From an uncultured Chloroflexia bacterium (lineage in GTDB: Bacteria; Chloroflexota; Limnocylindria; QHBO01), in contig CAWBBG010000027.1 in NCBI GenBank assembly GCA_963787025.1, forward strand, positions 580-64,579: a DNA stretch of 64,000 bases, read 5' to 3'. The notes under the pieces were generated by a model, which was not told the DNA's origin, made no database searches, and saw only the letters and a list, made by a program, of their open reading frames with translations. Position 1 is the first letter of the stretch, and every line of letters begins with the position of its first letter. The position numbers and the translations under genes were made by a program. This document shows, in pieces, positions 40,553-48,590 of this stretch.

Positions 40553-40768
40553 CGATCGTTCGTCCCTCGCGTTTCGCGGCCGCGCCCTCGCATGGCCCCG
40601 TGGGGACGGCGCGGGCGGTGACTATACACCGGCGCACCAAGCGATCCGGACCCTCCGTCAAGGTCGGGTCGAGCGTGCCGGCCCCGGACCCCGGTACGCC
40701 GGAGGTACCACTCCGATGGGCCCATTCCGCCATTGCCGCGGACGGTGCGCGGCCGCCACACTCTCTTC

Positions 40769-41203
40769 ATGACCGCGTCGCCGTTCTCCATGACACTGCC
40801 CGCAACCCGTGCCTCCGTCGAGGAGGAGCCGCTGCGCGCCTATGTCCTCGAGGATGATCCGGACATCGCCGCGCTCGAGGCCGACCTGCTCCGCGAGCTC
40901 GGCTACACCGTGGTCACCTGCTCACGGATCGTGGAGCTCGGGGATCTGATGGCGGTGGCCCTGCCGCATGTCCTGGTCGTGGACGTCATGCTGCCCGACG
41001 GCGACGGCGGCGACATCGCGGAGCTCCTCCGTCAGACCTGGCCCGGCATCCCGGCCGTCTTCGTCAGCGCGGTCTCCCATAGCCGGCTCTCCGAGCTTGA
41101 GCGACTGGGTCCCATCCTGGCCAAGCCGTTCGACATCGATCGGTTCCGCGACGCCGTGGCGGACGCCGTCGAGGCGCCGTCGGAACGCTGGGCTTCGCGC
41201 TGA
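40769..41203 (+). CDS. single-domain response regulator (receiver)
   Basis: LEDDP, VVDVMLPDGDG, VSA, KPFD; alternative start at 40790. Confidence 0.87.
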   Translation: MTASPFSMTLPATRASVEEEPLRAYVLEDDPDIAALEADLLRELGYTVVTCSRIVELGDLMAVALPHVLVVDVMLPDGDGGDIAELLRQTWPGIPAVFVSAVSHSRLSELERLGPILAKPFDIDRFRDAVADAVEAPSERWASR

Positions 41204-41222
41204 CCGGATGCGGTAACCGCCC

Positions 41223-41987
41223 ATGCGCGTGATCCGGCTGGCTGACACGAACGTCCTTCGGCGCGGGCCGGCCGTCCTCGCCGCCCTGATGCTCACCGTG
41301 GGCGGCGTCTCCTCGGTGCTCGCCATCGTTGCCCCGGCGCGCCGTCCGGAGGCGAGCGCCCTCCTGGCGATCGTCGCCGCCCTGGCACTGGGCGTCGGCG
41401 CCGGGTGGTTGGGGCAGCTGGTCCGCCTGCATCGCAGCGGCGCACCCGAGGACCTGGTCCGCCTCCTTTCCGGCTCGCTCGACGACGCCTATCTGCTCCT
41501 CCTCAGCCCGCGCCTCCCCGGGGTCCCCGCGGAGGTCGAGGCGCTCCTGGTCGGGCCGCCGGGCGTGCGCACCGTGATCGTCCGGCGCTGGCATGGCCGC
41601 TACCGCGTCCGAGGGCACGGCTGGGATTTCGACGCACGCGGACACAGGGGCTGGATCCCCTGCATCACGAACCCCTCGTTCGAGGGCACCGCGGCCCGCA
41701 ACGCTGTGGCGACCTGGGCCCGCGGCGCGGGCCACGAGAACCTGCCCATCGAGCCGGCGATCGCGTTTCCCGACCGGCACAGCCGGCTGGTCCTCGAAGA
41801 GCCGGAACCGGAGATCATCACCATCCACAACGTGCCGTGGTGGGCGAACGGCATGGGACGGGTCCAGCGGATGAACGCCGAGCGGGTCATCACCTTCGCA
41901 GAGGCAGTGATCGACGCGTCCCGGGCCGGTGGCGGCAACGGGCCGATGGCGGCCGACGACACCCGTCTCACCCACCACGCCAGCTGA
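41223..41987 (+). CDS. membrane-anchored NERD-like protein with degenerate active site
   Basis: Two N-terminal TM helices; EVEALLVGPPGVRTVIVRRWHG..W..NP pattern. Confidence 0.72.
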   Translation: MRVIRLADTNVLRRGPAVLAALMLTVGGVSSVLAIVAPARRPEASALLAIVAALALGVGAGWLGQLVRLHRSGAPEDLVRLLSGSLDDAYLLLLSPRLPGVPAEVEALLVGPPGVRTVIVRRWHGRYRVRGHGWDFDARGHRGWIPCITNPSFEGTAARNAVATWARGAGHENLPIEPAIAFPDRHSRLVLEEPEPEIITIHNVPWWANGMGRVQRMNAERVITFAEAVIDASRAGGGNGPMAADDTRLTHHAS

Positions 41988-41993
41988 CGGGGT

Positions 41994-42632
41994 CTATCCC
42001 TCCTGCGTTCCCGCGGGACCCTCTCGACCGTGGTCGCGCGCATCCCGCGCCGTGAGCCAGCCCCTGGCCGTCTGCTCGTCAAGGATCTCCGCGAGCAGCT
42101 CGTCAGGGCGCTCATCGTCGGCGACCAGGAGAACATGGGCGTGGCGGCGCTGGACGGCGACCGCCTCGACCGACCGGGCAACCTCCGGATGCTCGGCCGA
42201 GACGATGGCCGCATCGGTGACGGTCACGAACCGGTCCGCCGCGTTGAGCAGCCCGTCCACCGGGCGACTCCCCTGTGGGACGTGGATCGTGCCGGTCACC
42301 CGGAAGGGCGGGACCCCGATCTGGGCCTTCACGGCTCGCTTGGGGATGCGCATCTCGGGGCGCGGGGTTCCCTCCGTGGCCGCGACGCAGAGGAGCACCT
42401 CGTCGAGCGCGACATGTACCTGGCGCGCGCCGAGCGTCGCGGTCGGGTCCGCGAACTCTGAGACGGTCGCCTCCTCCACCAGCAGGTGGGTCGACGTGAC
42501 CTGGTTGAGGATGTCGCCGACGCGCGAGAACCGCGTGGCCGTGGAGCCTGAGACCCGGTAGGCGGCGGTGTAGAGGTCCAGGCTCACCCGCGGGAGGGCC
42601 GCGTCGAACGGGTCGGCAGCGAACGCGTTCAT
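41994..42632 (-). CDS. hypothetical protein with two tandem beta-rich repeats (DUF6812-like)
   Basis: Internal duplication YRVSGS..RVGDILN..LLVEEATV versus FRVTGT..RPVDGLLN..VTVTDAAI. Confidence 0.75.
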   Translation of the reverse strand: MNAFAADPFDAALPRVSLDLYTAAYRVSGSTATRFSRVGDILNQVTSTHLLVEEATVSEFADPTATLGARQVHVALDEVLLCVAATEGTPRPEMRIPKRAVKAQIGVPPFRVTGTIHVPQGSRPVDGLLNAADRFVTVTDAAIVSAEHPEVARSVEAVAVQRRHAHVLLVADDERPDELLAEILDEQTARGWLTARDARDHGREGPAGTQEG

Positions 42633-42719
42633 GGTCCGCCGATCCTAGCAGGCCCGGTGGCAGCGCCGGGACCGACGCAGGTGTTGACGGGCACCATCGG
42701 TCCGTGCTCTGCTTCCGCC

Positions 42720-43322
42720 GTGCTCCCCTGGCAGAAGCGGACCCGTGACCCCGATCTCCTGAAGCGCATCCCGCCCGGGCAGGTGCTGACCGAGAAGTTC
42801 CCGGTGCTGCACTTCGGACGGACCCCCGAGTACCCGGACCTGTCCGGCTGGGACTTCCGGGTCTTCGGCGACGTCGAGAGCCCGTTCCGCCTGAACTGGG
42901 CGGAGTTCCGCGCGCTGCCGACCGCGGAGGTGACCCTGGACATCCACTGCGTCACGCGCTGGTCCAAGCTCGATACCAGCTGGGAGGGCGTTCCCTTCAC
43001 CCACGTGGCGGAGGTCGCCCAACCGAAGCCCGGGGCGTGCTTCGTGATCTTTCACGCGGAGTCCGGCTACACCGCCAACGTGCCGCTCGAGATCGCCATG
43101 CAGCCGGAGTGCCTCCTTGCCTGGAGCTTCGGCGGCGAGCCGCTGGAGCCGGAGCACGGATACCCACTACGCGCCATCGTGCCGGGCAGGTACTTCTGGA
43201 AGAGCGCGAAGTGGCTGCGCGGCATCGAGTTCGCGACGGAGGACCGGCTCGGCTTCTGGGAGCGCAACGGCTACAACAACAGCGCCGACCCCTGGAAGGA
43301 AGAGCGGTTCGCCGACTTCTGA
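42720..43322 (+). CDS. sulfite-oxidase-family molybdopterin oxidoreductase (YuiH-like, no export signal)
   Basis: RIPPGQ, DIHCVTRWS, HGYPLR, YFWKSAKW, GFWERNGY. Confidence 0.92.
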   Translation: MLPWQKRTRDPDLLKRIPPGQVLTEKFPVLHFGRTPEYPDLSGWDFRVFGDVESPFRLNWAEFRALPTAEVTLDIHCVTRWSKLDTSWEGVPFTHVAEVAQPKPGACFVIFHAESGYTANVPLEIAMQPECLLAWSFGGEPLEPEHGYPLRAIVPGRYFWKSAKWLRGIEFATEDRLGFWERNGYNNSADPWKEERFADF

Positions 43323-43384
43323 CCGATCACCGCCGAGGGCGTCCGCCTGCCCCGTCCGGCGTGGCCGCTAGAATCGCGCAGCAG

Positions 43385-43696
43385 ATGCATCCGTTCGTCC
43401 GGTACCTGGTGGTCGGCGTGGTGGCGATGATCGTGGTCGGCGCCCTCATCGCCGTTGCCCTGCTGGCCCGAGACACGCACGTCTCCGTCCTGTCCCTGCT
43501 CGCCGCCGGGATCATCAGCATCGTCACCGGCGTGCTCATCTTCGTGGAGGCCTGGATCTGGTCCCAGCGTTCGTGGCGCAGCGGCTACAACGGTCGATCC
43601 GCGGCGATCGCCACCGTGGGGGGCCTCGCGATCGTGGCCGCCGCGGGGGCCTTGGCGGCGACCGTGATCCTGGTGCTCACCTTCGGGCTGGGCTGA
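43385..43696 (+). CDS. small 3-TM membrane protein
   Basis: MHPFVRYLVVGVV...; TAGAAT 10 nt upstream of the ATG. Confidence 0.72.
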   Translation: MHPFVRYLVVGVVAMIVVGALIAVALLARDTHVSVLSLLAAGIISIVTGVLIFVEAWIWSQRSWRSGYNGRSAAIATVGGLAIVAAAGALAATVILVLTFGLG

Positions 43697-43752
43697 GCGC
43701 GGTACGATCTGTGCGCGAGGCGGACGATCGCCCAAGCCCGGCTCGCCCCGGC

Positions 43753-43829
43753 GCCCCCATCGTCTAGAGGCCTAGGACGCCACCCTTTCAAGGTGGAGAT
43801 CACCGGTTCGAATCCGGTTGGGGGTACCA
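43753..43829 (+). tRNA. tRNA-Glu (anticodon TTC)
   Basis: Acceptor gccccca/tgggggt; anticodon arm ccacc-ctTTCaa-ggtgg; T-arm GGTTCGAATCC; encoded CCA. Confidence 0.96.
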
Positions 43830-43877
43830 CGCCTCCCCCGCCCGTGGGCTCCTTCCACGCGCGCTCGATGGTCAGCC

Positions 43878-43999
43878 GGACGAGCCGTGCGACCGTCGAA
43901 TTCGTGATCAGGCGCCGCCGACGGTCATACGGGTTGATGGACGAGCCGTGCGACCGTGGAATACGTGACCGGGCGCCGCCGACGGTCATACGGGTCGCT
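43878..43999. repeat. two tandem 61-bp imperfect repeats with an internal inverted repeat
   Basis: ggacgagccgtgcgaccgt(c/g)gaat(t/a)cgtga..gcgccgccgacggtcatacgggt at 43878 and 43939. Confidence 0.85.
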
Positions 44000-44026
44000 G
44001 GGCGAACGATCCTCGCGACCGCCTCG

Positions 44027-44206
44027 TCAGATGTGGTTGATCTCGACGCGATCGCCGCAGTTGGGGCAGGTCATGATCAGGAGCTTGGGATCCTCTGGAA
44101 GTGGCCGCCAGGAGGTGACGCAGGCCTCGTTGAGGCGCTCGCCGCAGTGCGGGCACTCGGAGCCGATCTCCAGCCACTGGTCCCGGGGGACGTTCTGGCG
44201 GCCCAT
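44027..44206 (-). CDS. 59-aa zinc-ribbon protein
   Basis: CPHC..CPNC; start overlaps the upstream stop (TGATG). Confidence 0.78.
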   Translation of the reverse strand: MGRQNVPRDQWLEIGSECPHCGERLNEACVTSWRPLPEDPKLLIMTCPNCGDRVEINHI

Positions 44207-44676
44207 CAGGCGCGCTCCCCAGCATCCGGGGCGGGCGTGGCGCTGCCCGACGACGCGGGCGGCGGCGGCTCCCACCCGGCCTTGCGGGCGGGGGCGTCGG
44301 CACCCTCCGCCTCCATGATGGCCGCCCGGGTCTCCTCGTGGCGCGCATCCTGGGCGAGGAGCGGGTACGCCCGCGCCGCGTGCCCGGGCCAGAGACCCAC
44401 GCTGCCGTCGCGGATCATGACCATGGTCCTCGTGTAGGTCGAGGTCACGTCCCGGGTGGAGCGGTCCAGCACCTCGTAGGTGTGGCCGGTCACCTCGCGC
44501 AGCGCGTCCGGCAGGGTTTCGACCAGGTAGGCCGGATCGGGGTTGCGGCGCAGCGCGATGTCGATCGCCGCGAGCGCCTGCTCGTCGAGCAGGCCGCGCG
44601 GCAGCGGCCGGCTGATGAGCGCCATCCGGGGATCGCGGCTGGGGCCTTTGAGGGTGCGAACCAGCGACTTGAGCAT
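44206..44676 (-). CDS. hypothetical protein (156 aa)
   Basis: Protein-like composition; TACAAT 9 nt upstream of the ATG. Confidence 0.72.
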   Translation of the reverse strand: MLKSLVRTLKGPSRDPRMALISRPLPRGLLDEQALAAIDIALRRNPDPAYLVETLPDALREVTGHTYEVLDRSTRDVTSTYTRTMVMIRDGSVGLWPGHAARAYPLLAQDARHEETRAAIMEAEGADAPARKAGWEPPPPASSGSATPAPDAGERA

Positions 44677-44879
44677 CGGAAACCGATTGTAGCGTCGCGC
44701 GCCGCCCGCCGGCGGCGCGCCATCGGTCCGGCCGGAGCGTCGAGGGCCATGGGCGACGTACCCGGGTATACTTCACCCCCCGTGAGGAACCCCGAGAGCC
44801 CCTTGAGCACCGGAGCCGCGTGACTCGCTCCGGAGGGCGCCGTTCCGCCATCTGAGCAACAAGGAGACAGCCCTTCATC

Positions 44880-45752
44880 GTGCGTGTCAGAAAAGCCGTC
44901 CTGCCCGCGGCAGGCTTCGGCACCCGTTTCCTCCCGGCCTCCAAGGCGACCCCCAAGGAGATGATGCCGCTGGTGGATCGCCCAATCATCCAGTACGCCG
45001 TCGAGGAGGCGGTCGCGTCCGGGATCGAGCAGATCATCATCGTGATCGCCACCGGACACAGCGCGATCGAGGATCACTTCGACTCCAACCCCACCCTCGA
45101 GCGCTGGCTGGAGGAGCGCGGCGATATCGAGATGCTGCGGGCCGTGCGCCGGATCAGCGAGGTCGGGACCATCGCCTTCGTGCACCAGAAGGAGCAGCTG
45201 GGCCTGGGTCACGCGGTGCTGATGGCCAAGGAGCTTGTCGGCGACGAGCCGTTCGCCGTGCTGCTCTCCGACGACGTCATGCTCAACCCCGGCGGTCCAC
45301 CGGTGACCGCGCAGCTGATCGACGCGCACTACGCCCATCGCGGCTCCGTGCTCGCGCTGCAGCGCGTCTCCCCGAACGACGTGAGCCGGTACGGCATCGC
45401 CGCGCCCCGGCACGAGGAGGGGCCCCTGATCGAGATCGAGGACCTGGTCGAGAAGCCGGCCGTGGGGGAGGCACCGTCCGACCTCGCGGTGCTGGGCCGC
45501 TATGTCCTCTCCCCCAAGATCTTCGACATCCTGGAGACGACGACCCGGGGTGCGGGCGGCGAGATCCAGCTGACCGACGCCATCCGCGCCCTGAGCCATG
45601 AGCAGCCGGTCTTCGGCTACCAGTTCGCCGGTGAACGGCACGACGCCGGGACCCGGCTGGGGTGGCTGAAGGCGACCATCGCCCTCTCGCTGCAGTCCGA
45701 CGACGCCGACGAGCTTCGTACGTTCGTCCGCGGGCTCGACCTGCGAGACTAG
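44880..45752 (+). CDS. galU: UTP-glucose-1-phosphate uridylyltransferase
   Basis: KAVLPAAGFGTRFLPASKATPKEM, QLGLGHAV, LVEKP, GEIQLTDA. Confidence 0.95.
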   Translation: MRVRKAVLPAAGFGTRFLPASKATPKEMMPLVDRPIIQYAVEEAVASGIEQIIIVIATGHSAIEDHFDSNPTLERWLEERGDIEMLRAVRRISEVGTIAFVHQKEQLGLGHAVLMAKELVGDEPFAVLLSDDVMLNPGGPPVTAQLIDAHYAHRGSVLALQRVSPNDVSRYGIAAPRHEEGPLIEIEDLVEKPAVGEAPSDLAVLGRYVLSPKIFDILETTTRGAGGEIQLTDAIRALSHEQPVFGYQFAGERHDAGTRLGWLKATIALSLQSDDADELRTFVRGLDLRD

Positions 45753-45810
45753 AAACCGATAGGATCGCCCGACCGTCCCCATCGGGGCGGCACATGGGAG
45801 GACTGATCGC

Positions 45811-47451
45811 GTGGAGATGATCGGCCGGGAGATCGGAGGCCGCTACCGCCTCGAGGCCCCCCTCGGCGAGGGCGGGATGGCCACGCTGTGGCGCGCGGTC
45901 GACCAGCAGCTCGACCGCGAGGTCGCGGTGAAGATCCTCCGCCCGCAGTACTCGGCCGACCCTGGATTCGCCGGGCGCTTCCGGCAGGAGGCGCGGGCCG
46001 CCGCCTCGCTCTCGCACCCGAACATCGTCAGCGTCTATGACTACGGCACCGACCCGGACGGCGAGACGCAGTACATCGTCATGGAGCTGGTGAACGGGCA
46101 GGACCTGGCCGCCATCCTGCGCGAGCGCGGCCGGATCTCGACCGACGACGCGGTCCAGGTGGCGATCGCCGTTGCGTCCGCGCTGGAGGCCGCCCATCGG
46201 CGCGGGATCGTCCACCGCGACGTGAAGCCCGGGAACATCCTGATCACCGACGAGGGTGATGTGAAGGTGACCGACTTCGGCATCGCGCGTGCCGTGGCGG
46301 AGGCCTCCATGACGGTGACCGGCACCACCCTGGGCAGCGTCCACTACTTCAGCCCGGAGCAGGCGCGCGGCGACGAGGTGACCGGGCGGTCAGACGTCTA
46401 CGCCCTCGGCATCGTCCTGTACGAGATGCTCACCGGCCGTCGCCCCTTCGAGGGCGACTCGGCCGCGGGGGTCGCGCTCAAGCGGCTCACCGACGATCCG
46501 CCGCGGCCACTGGTCGCGGGCGTCCCGCTGCCGCCCGGCCTGGAGGCGGTCCTGCGCCGCGCCCTCGAGCGCGAACCCGCCCGGCGCTTCCCGGATGCGG
46601 GCTCGTTTGCCGAGGCGCTGCGCACCTGGCGACAGGATCCCGGGTCCGCACCGGCCGGCCTGGTGGGCACCTTGCCCCCGCCGCCCGCCGCGCTGCCGCC
46701 TGCCGGAGAGCCGACCCTCTACGTTCCGCCGCCCGTCGCACGCCCCTCCGACCGGGCTCCGTATGCAGGCCCACCCCGCATCCAGGCGCGGCCCGCCCGC
46801 CAGCAGGGCCAGCCGTGGTGGATCTGGCTCCTCGCCGTCCTGGCAGTCCTGCTCCTGGGGGTCATGGGTTTCCTGGGGGCGCAGATCTGGGCCGCCCTGA
46901 GCCCAGGCAGCACGCCCGCGCCATCGGTCGCCACCTTCGACCTGCCCAACTGGGTCGGAGGAACCATCACCCAGGCAAGGGCCGATGCCAGCCAGCGTGG
47001 ACTTCTGGTGGATCAGCAGACCCAGAATTCCGACAGGATCCCGGTCGACGAGGTGATCAGCACCAATCCGGCCGCCGGGTCGGCCGTCAGCCGTGGTGAC
47101 ACCATCACGGTGGTCGTCTCCGCCGGAACCGAGACCGTGAGCGTCCCGCGCCTGGTGGGCCAGACCAGCGCGCAGGCGCAGGCCACGCTCAACGGCGTGG
47201 GCCTCCAGCTGGGCAACGTGAACCAGGAGTACTCGGCCGACCAGCCTGAGGGCGCCGTGACACGCTCCGTGCCGGGCGAAAGCGAGACCGTGCCGAAGAA
47301 CTCGCAGGTCGACATCTGGCTCAGCAAGGGCCCGGAGCCCACCCCGACGCCGTCACCGTCGCCAACCCCCACCCCGACCCCGGTGCCCACCCCCACCCCG
47401 ACGCCGACGCCGGTGCCCACCCCGACGCCGACGCCGATGCCGGGGCCGTAA
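45811..47451 (+). CDS. pknB: Ser/Thr kinase with TM, two PASTA domains and a (PT)n tail
   Basis: GEGGMA, VAVK, HRDVKPGN, DFGIA, SPEQARG; two PASTA units. Confidence 0.93.
   Translation: MEMIGREIGGRYRLEAPLGEGGMATLWRAVDQQLDREVAVKILRPQYSADPGFAGRFRQEARAAASLSHPNIVSVYDYGTDPDGETQYIVMELVNGQDLAAILRERGRISTDDAVQVAIAVASALEAAHRRGIVHRDVKPGNILITDEGDVKVTDFGIARAVAEASMTVTGTTLGSVHYFSPEQARGDEVTGRSDVYALGIVLYEMLTGRRPFEGDSAAGVALKRLTDDPPRPLVAGVPLPPGLEAVLRRALEREPARRFPDAGSFAEALRTWRQDPGSAPAGLVGTLPPPPAALPPAGEPTLYVPPPVARPSDRAPYAGPPRIQARPARQQGQPWWIWLLAVLAVLLLGVMGFLGAQIWAALSPGSTPAPSVATFDLPNWVGGTITQARADASQRGLLVDQQTQNSDRIPVDEVISTNPAAGSAVSRGDTITVVVSAGTETVSVPRLVGQTSAQAQATLNGVGLQLGNVNQEYSADQPEGAVTRSVPGESETVPKNSQVDIWLSKGPEPTPTPSPSPTPTPTPVPTPTPTPTPVPTPTPTPMPGP
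47338..47436 (+). repeat. Pro-Thr coding low-complexity repeat at the PknB C-terminus
   Basis: PTPTPSPSPTPTPTPVPTPTPTPTPVPTPTPTP. Confidence 0.85.
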
Positions 47452-47559
47452 CCCGTAGGTATCGCGCGCGGCATCGGCTCGGCCGGACGGGTCCGGTGCT
47501 AGCATCACCGCACTGCCAGTGACCCAGTTGGCATATCGCGGAGGCACACGACCAAGACA

Positions 47560-47883
47560 ATGACGGCCCCGATCACGGTCGATGAAACGACCTTCGAGGC
47601 GGAGGTTCTGAACGCCGAGAAGCCCGTACTCGTGGACTTCTGGGCGCCCTGGTGCGGCCCATGCCGGCTCGTCTCCCCCGTGGTGGAGGCGCTCGGCCAG
47701 GCGCACTCGGAGAAGCTGCAGACCGCCAAGGTGAACACCGACGAGAACCAGCAGCTGGCGATGCGCTACAGCATCTTCAGCATCCCCACCCTGATCGTCT
47801 TCAAGGATGGCCGCGAGGTGACTCGCCTCGTGGGCTACATGCCGCAGGAGGCCATGGAGGAGCGTCTGTCCCAGTATCTCTAG
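47560..47883 (+). CDS. trxA: thioredoxin
   Basis: DFWAPWCGPC, SIPTL. Confidence 0.96.
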   Translation: MTAPITVDETTFEAEVLNAEKPVLVDFWAPWCGPCRLVSPVVEALGQAHSEKLQTAKVNTDENQQLAMRYSIFSIPTLIVFKDGREVTRLVGYMPQEAMEERLSQYL

Positions 47884-48025
47884 GGCGGCCACCCCGCGAC
47901 GCGCACGGCCCAACGAGCCGGCCCCGGCAGGGCCGGCTCTCGACTTAGCCACACGGCCCGGCGCCGCCGCGCCGACGGGCGCGTCCCGAGCCGTTACACT
48001 CCGAGCACGGAGGAGAGCGCTGCCC

Positions 48026-48583
48026 GTGATCATCAAGACCGATCGACGGACCGGGACCGATCGTCGCCAGACCGGCGCCTCGGTCTCACAGGACCGTCGG
48101 AGCGGGGACCGTCGCACGATGTGCTGGGAGGTCGAGAACTGCGACCTCTCGATCCGCTACCGATGCCCGGCCTTCATCCTGCGCCGCCCGTGCTGGGAGC
48201 TCTGGGCGGTGGAGGGAATCGGGCCAGCACGTGCCTGCTGCCATGACGGGAAGGACTGCGAACCGGGCCGCTGCGCGATCGCCGAAAAGCGCTTCGAGGG
48301 GTCCGCTGAACCGCTCACCGTGCACATCGGTCGGCGCGGCATGCCGCTCGGCTACAACCGGCCGCGGCGCCATTCCTGCCCGCATTTCTACCTCACCCAC
48401 GGCAGCAAGGGGCGCGTCCCGGTGCAGGCGCCACAGATGCTCCGCACCCTGATGCGCCAGGAGGGTGTCGTGAGCCGATGCGAGCTGCGCGCCGGTGTTC
48501 ATCTCGACACCGGATACGTCACTGACCTGTGCCTCACCGGCCAGTTCCCCGACTGTGTCTTCCTCGAGGACGAGAACGGGTGA
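48026..48583 (+). CDS. Cys-rich hypothetical protein (four DRR repeats + two-CW-like domain + 4-Cys domain)
   Basis: GGAGG RBS; DRRTGTDRR..DRRSGDRR; CWE..C..CPA..CWE..CC..C..C; CPH..C..CL..C. Confidence 0.8.
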   Translation: MIIKTDRRTGTDRRQTGASVSQDRRSGDRRTMCWEVENCDLSIRYRCPAFILRRPCWELWAVEGIGPARACCHDGKDCEPGRCAIAEKRFEGSAEPLTVHIGRRGMPLGYNRPRRHSCPHFYLTHGSKGRVPVQAPQMLRTLMRQEGVVSRCELRAGVHLDTGYVTDLCLTGQFPDCVFLEDENG

Positions 48584-48590
48584 GCGCGCG

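Noticed and set aside
43878-43999. Repeat as a CRISPR array
   Set aside because: Only two contiguous units, no unique spacers and no cas genes in the window.
43753-44676. tRNA-Glu as the attachment site of an integrated element
   Set aside because: No integrase and no duplicate of the tRNA 3' end noticed; the flanking genes are housekeeping-like.
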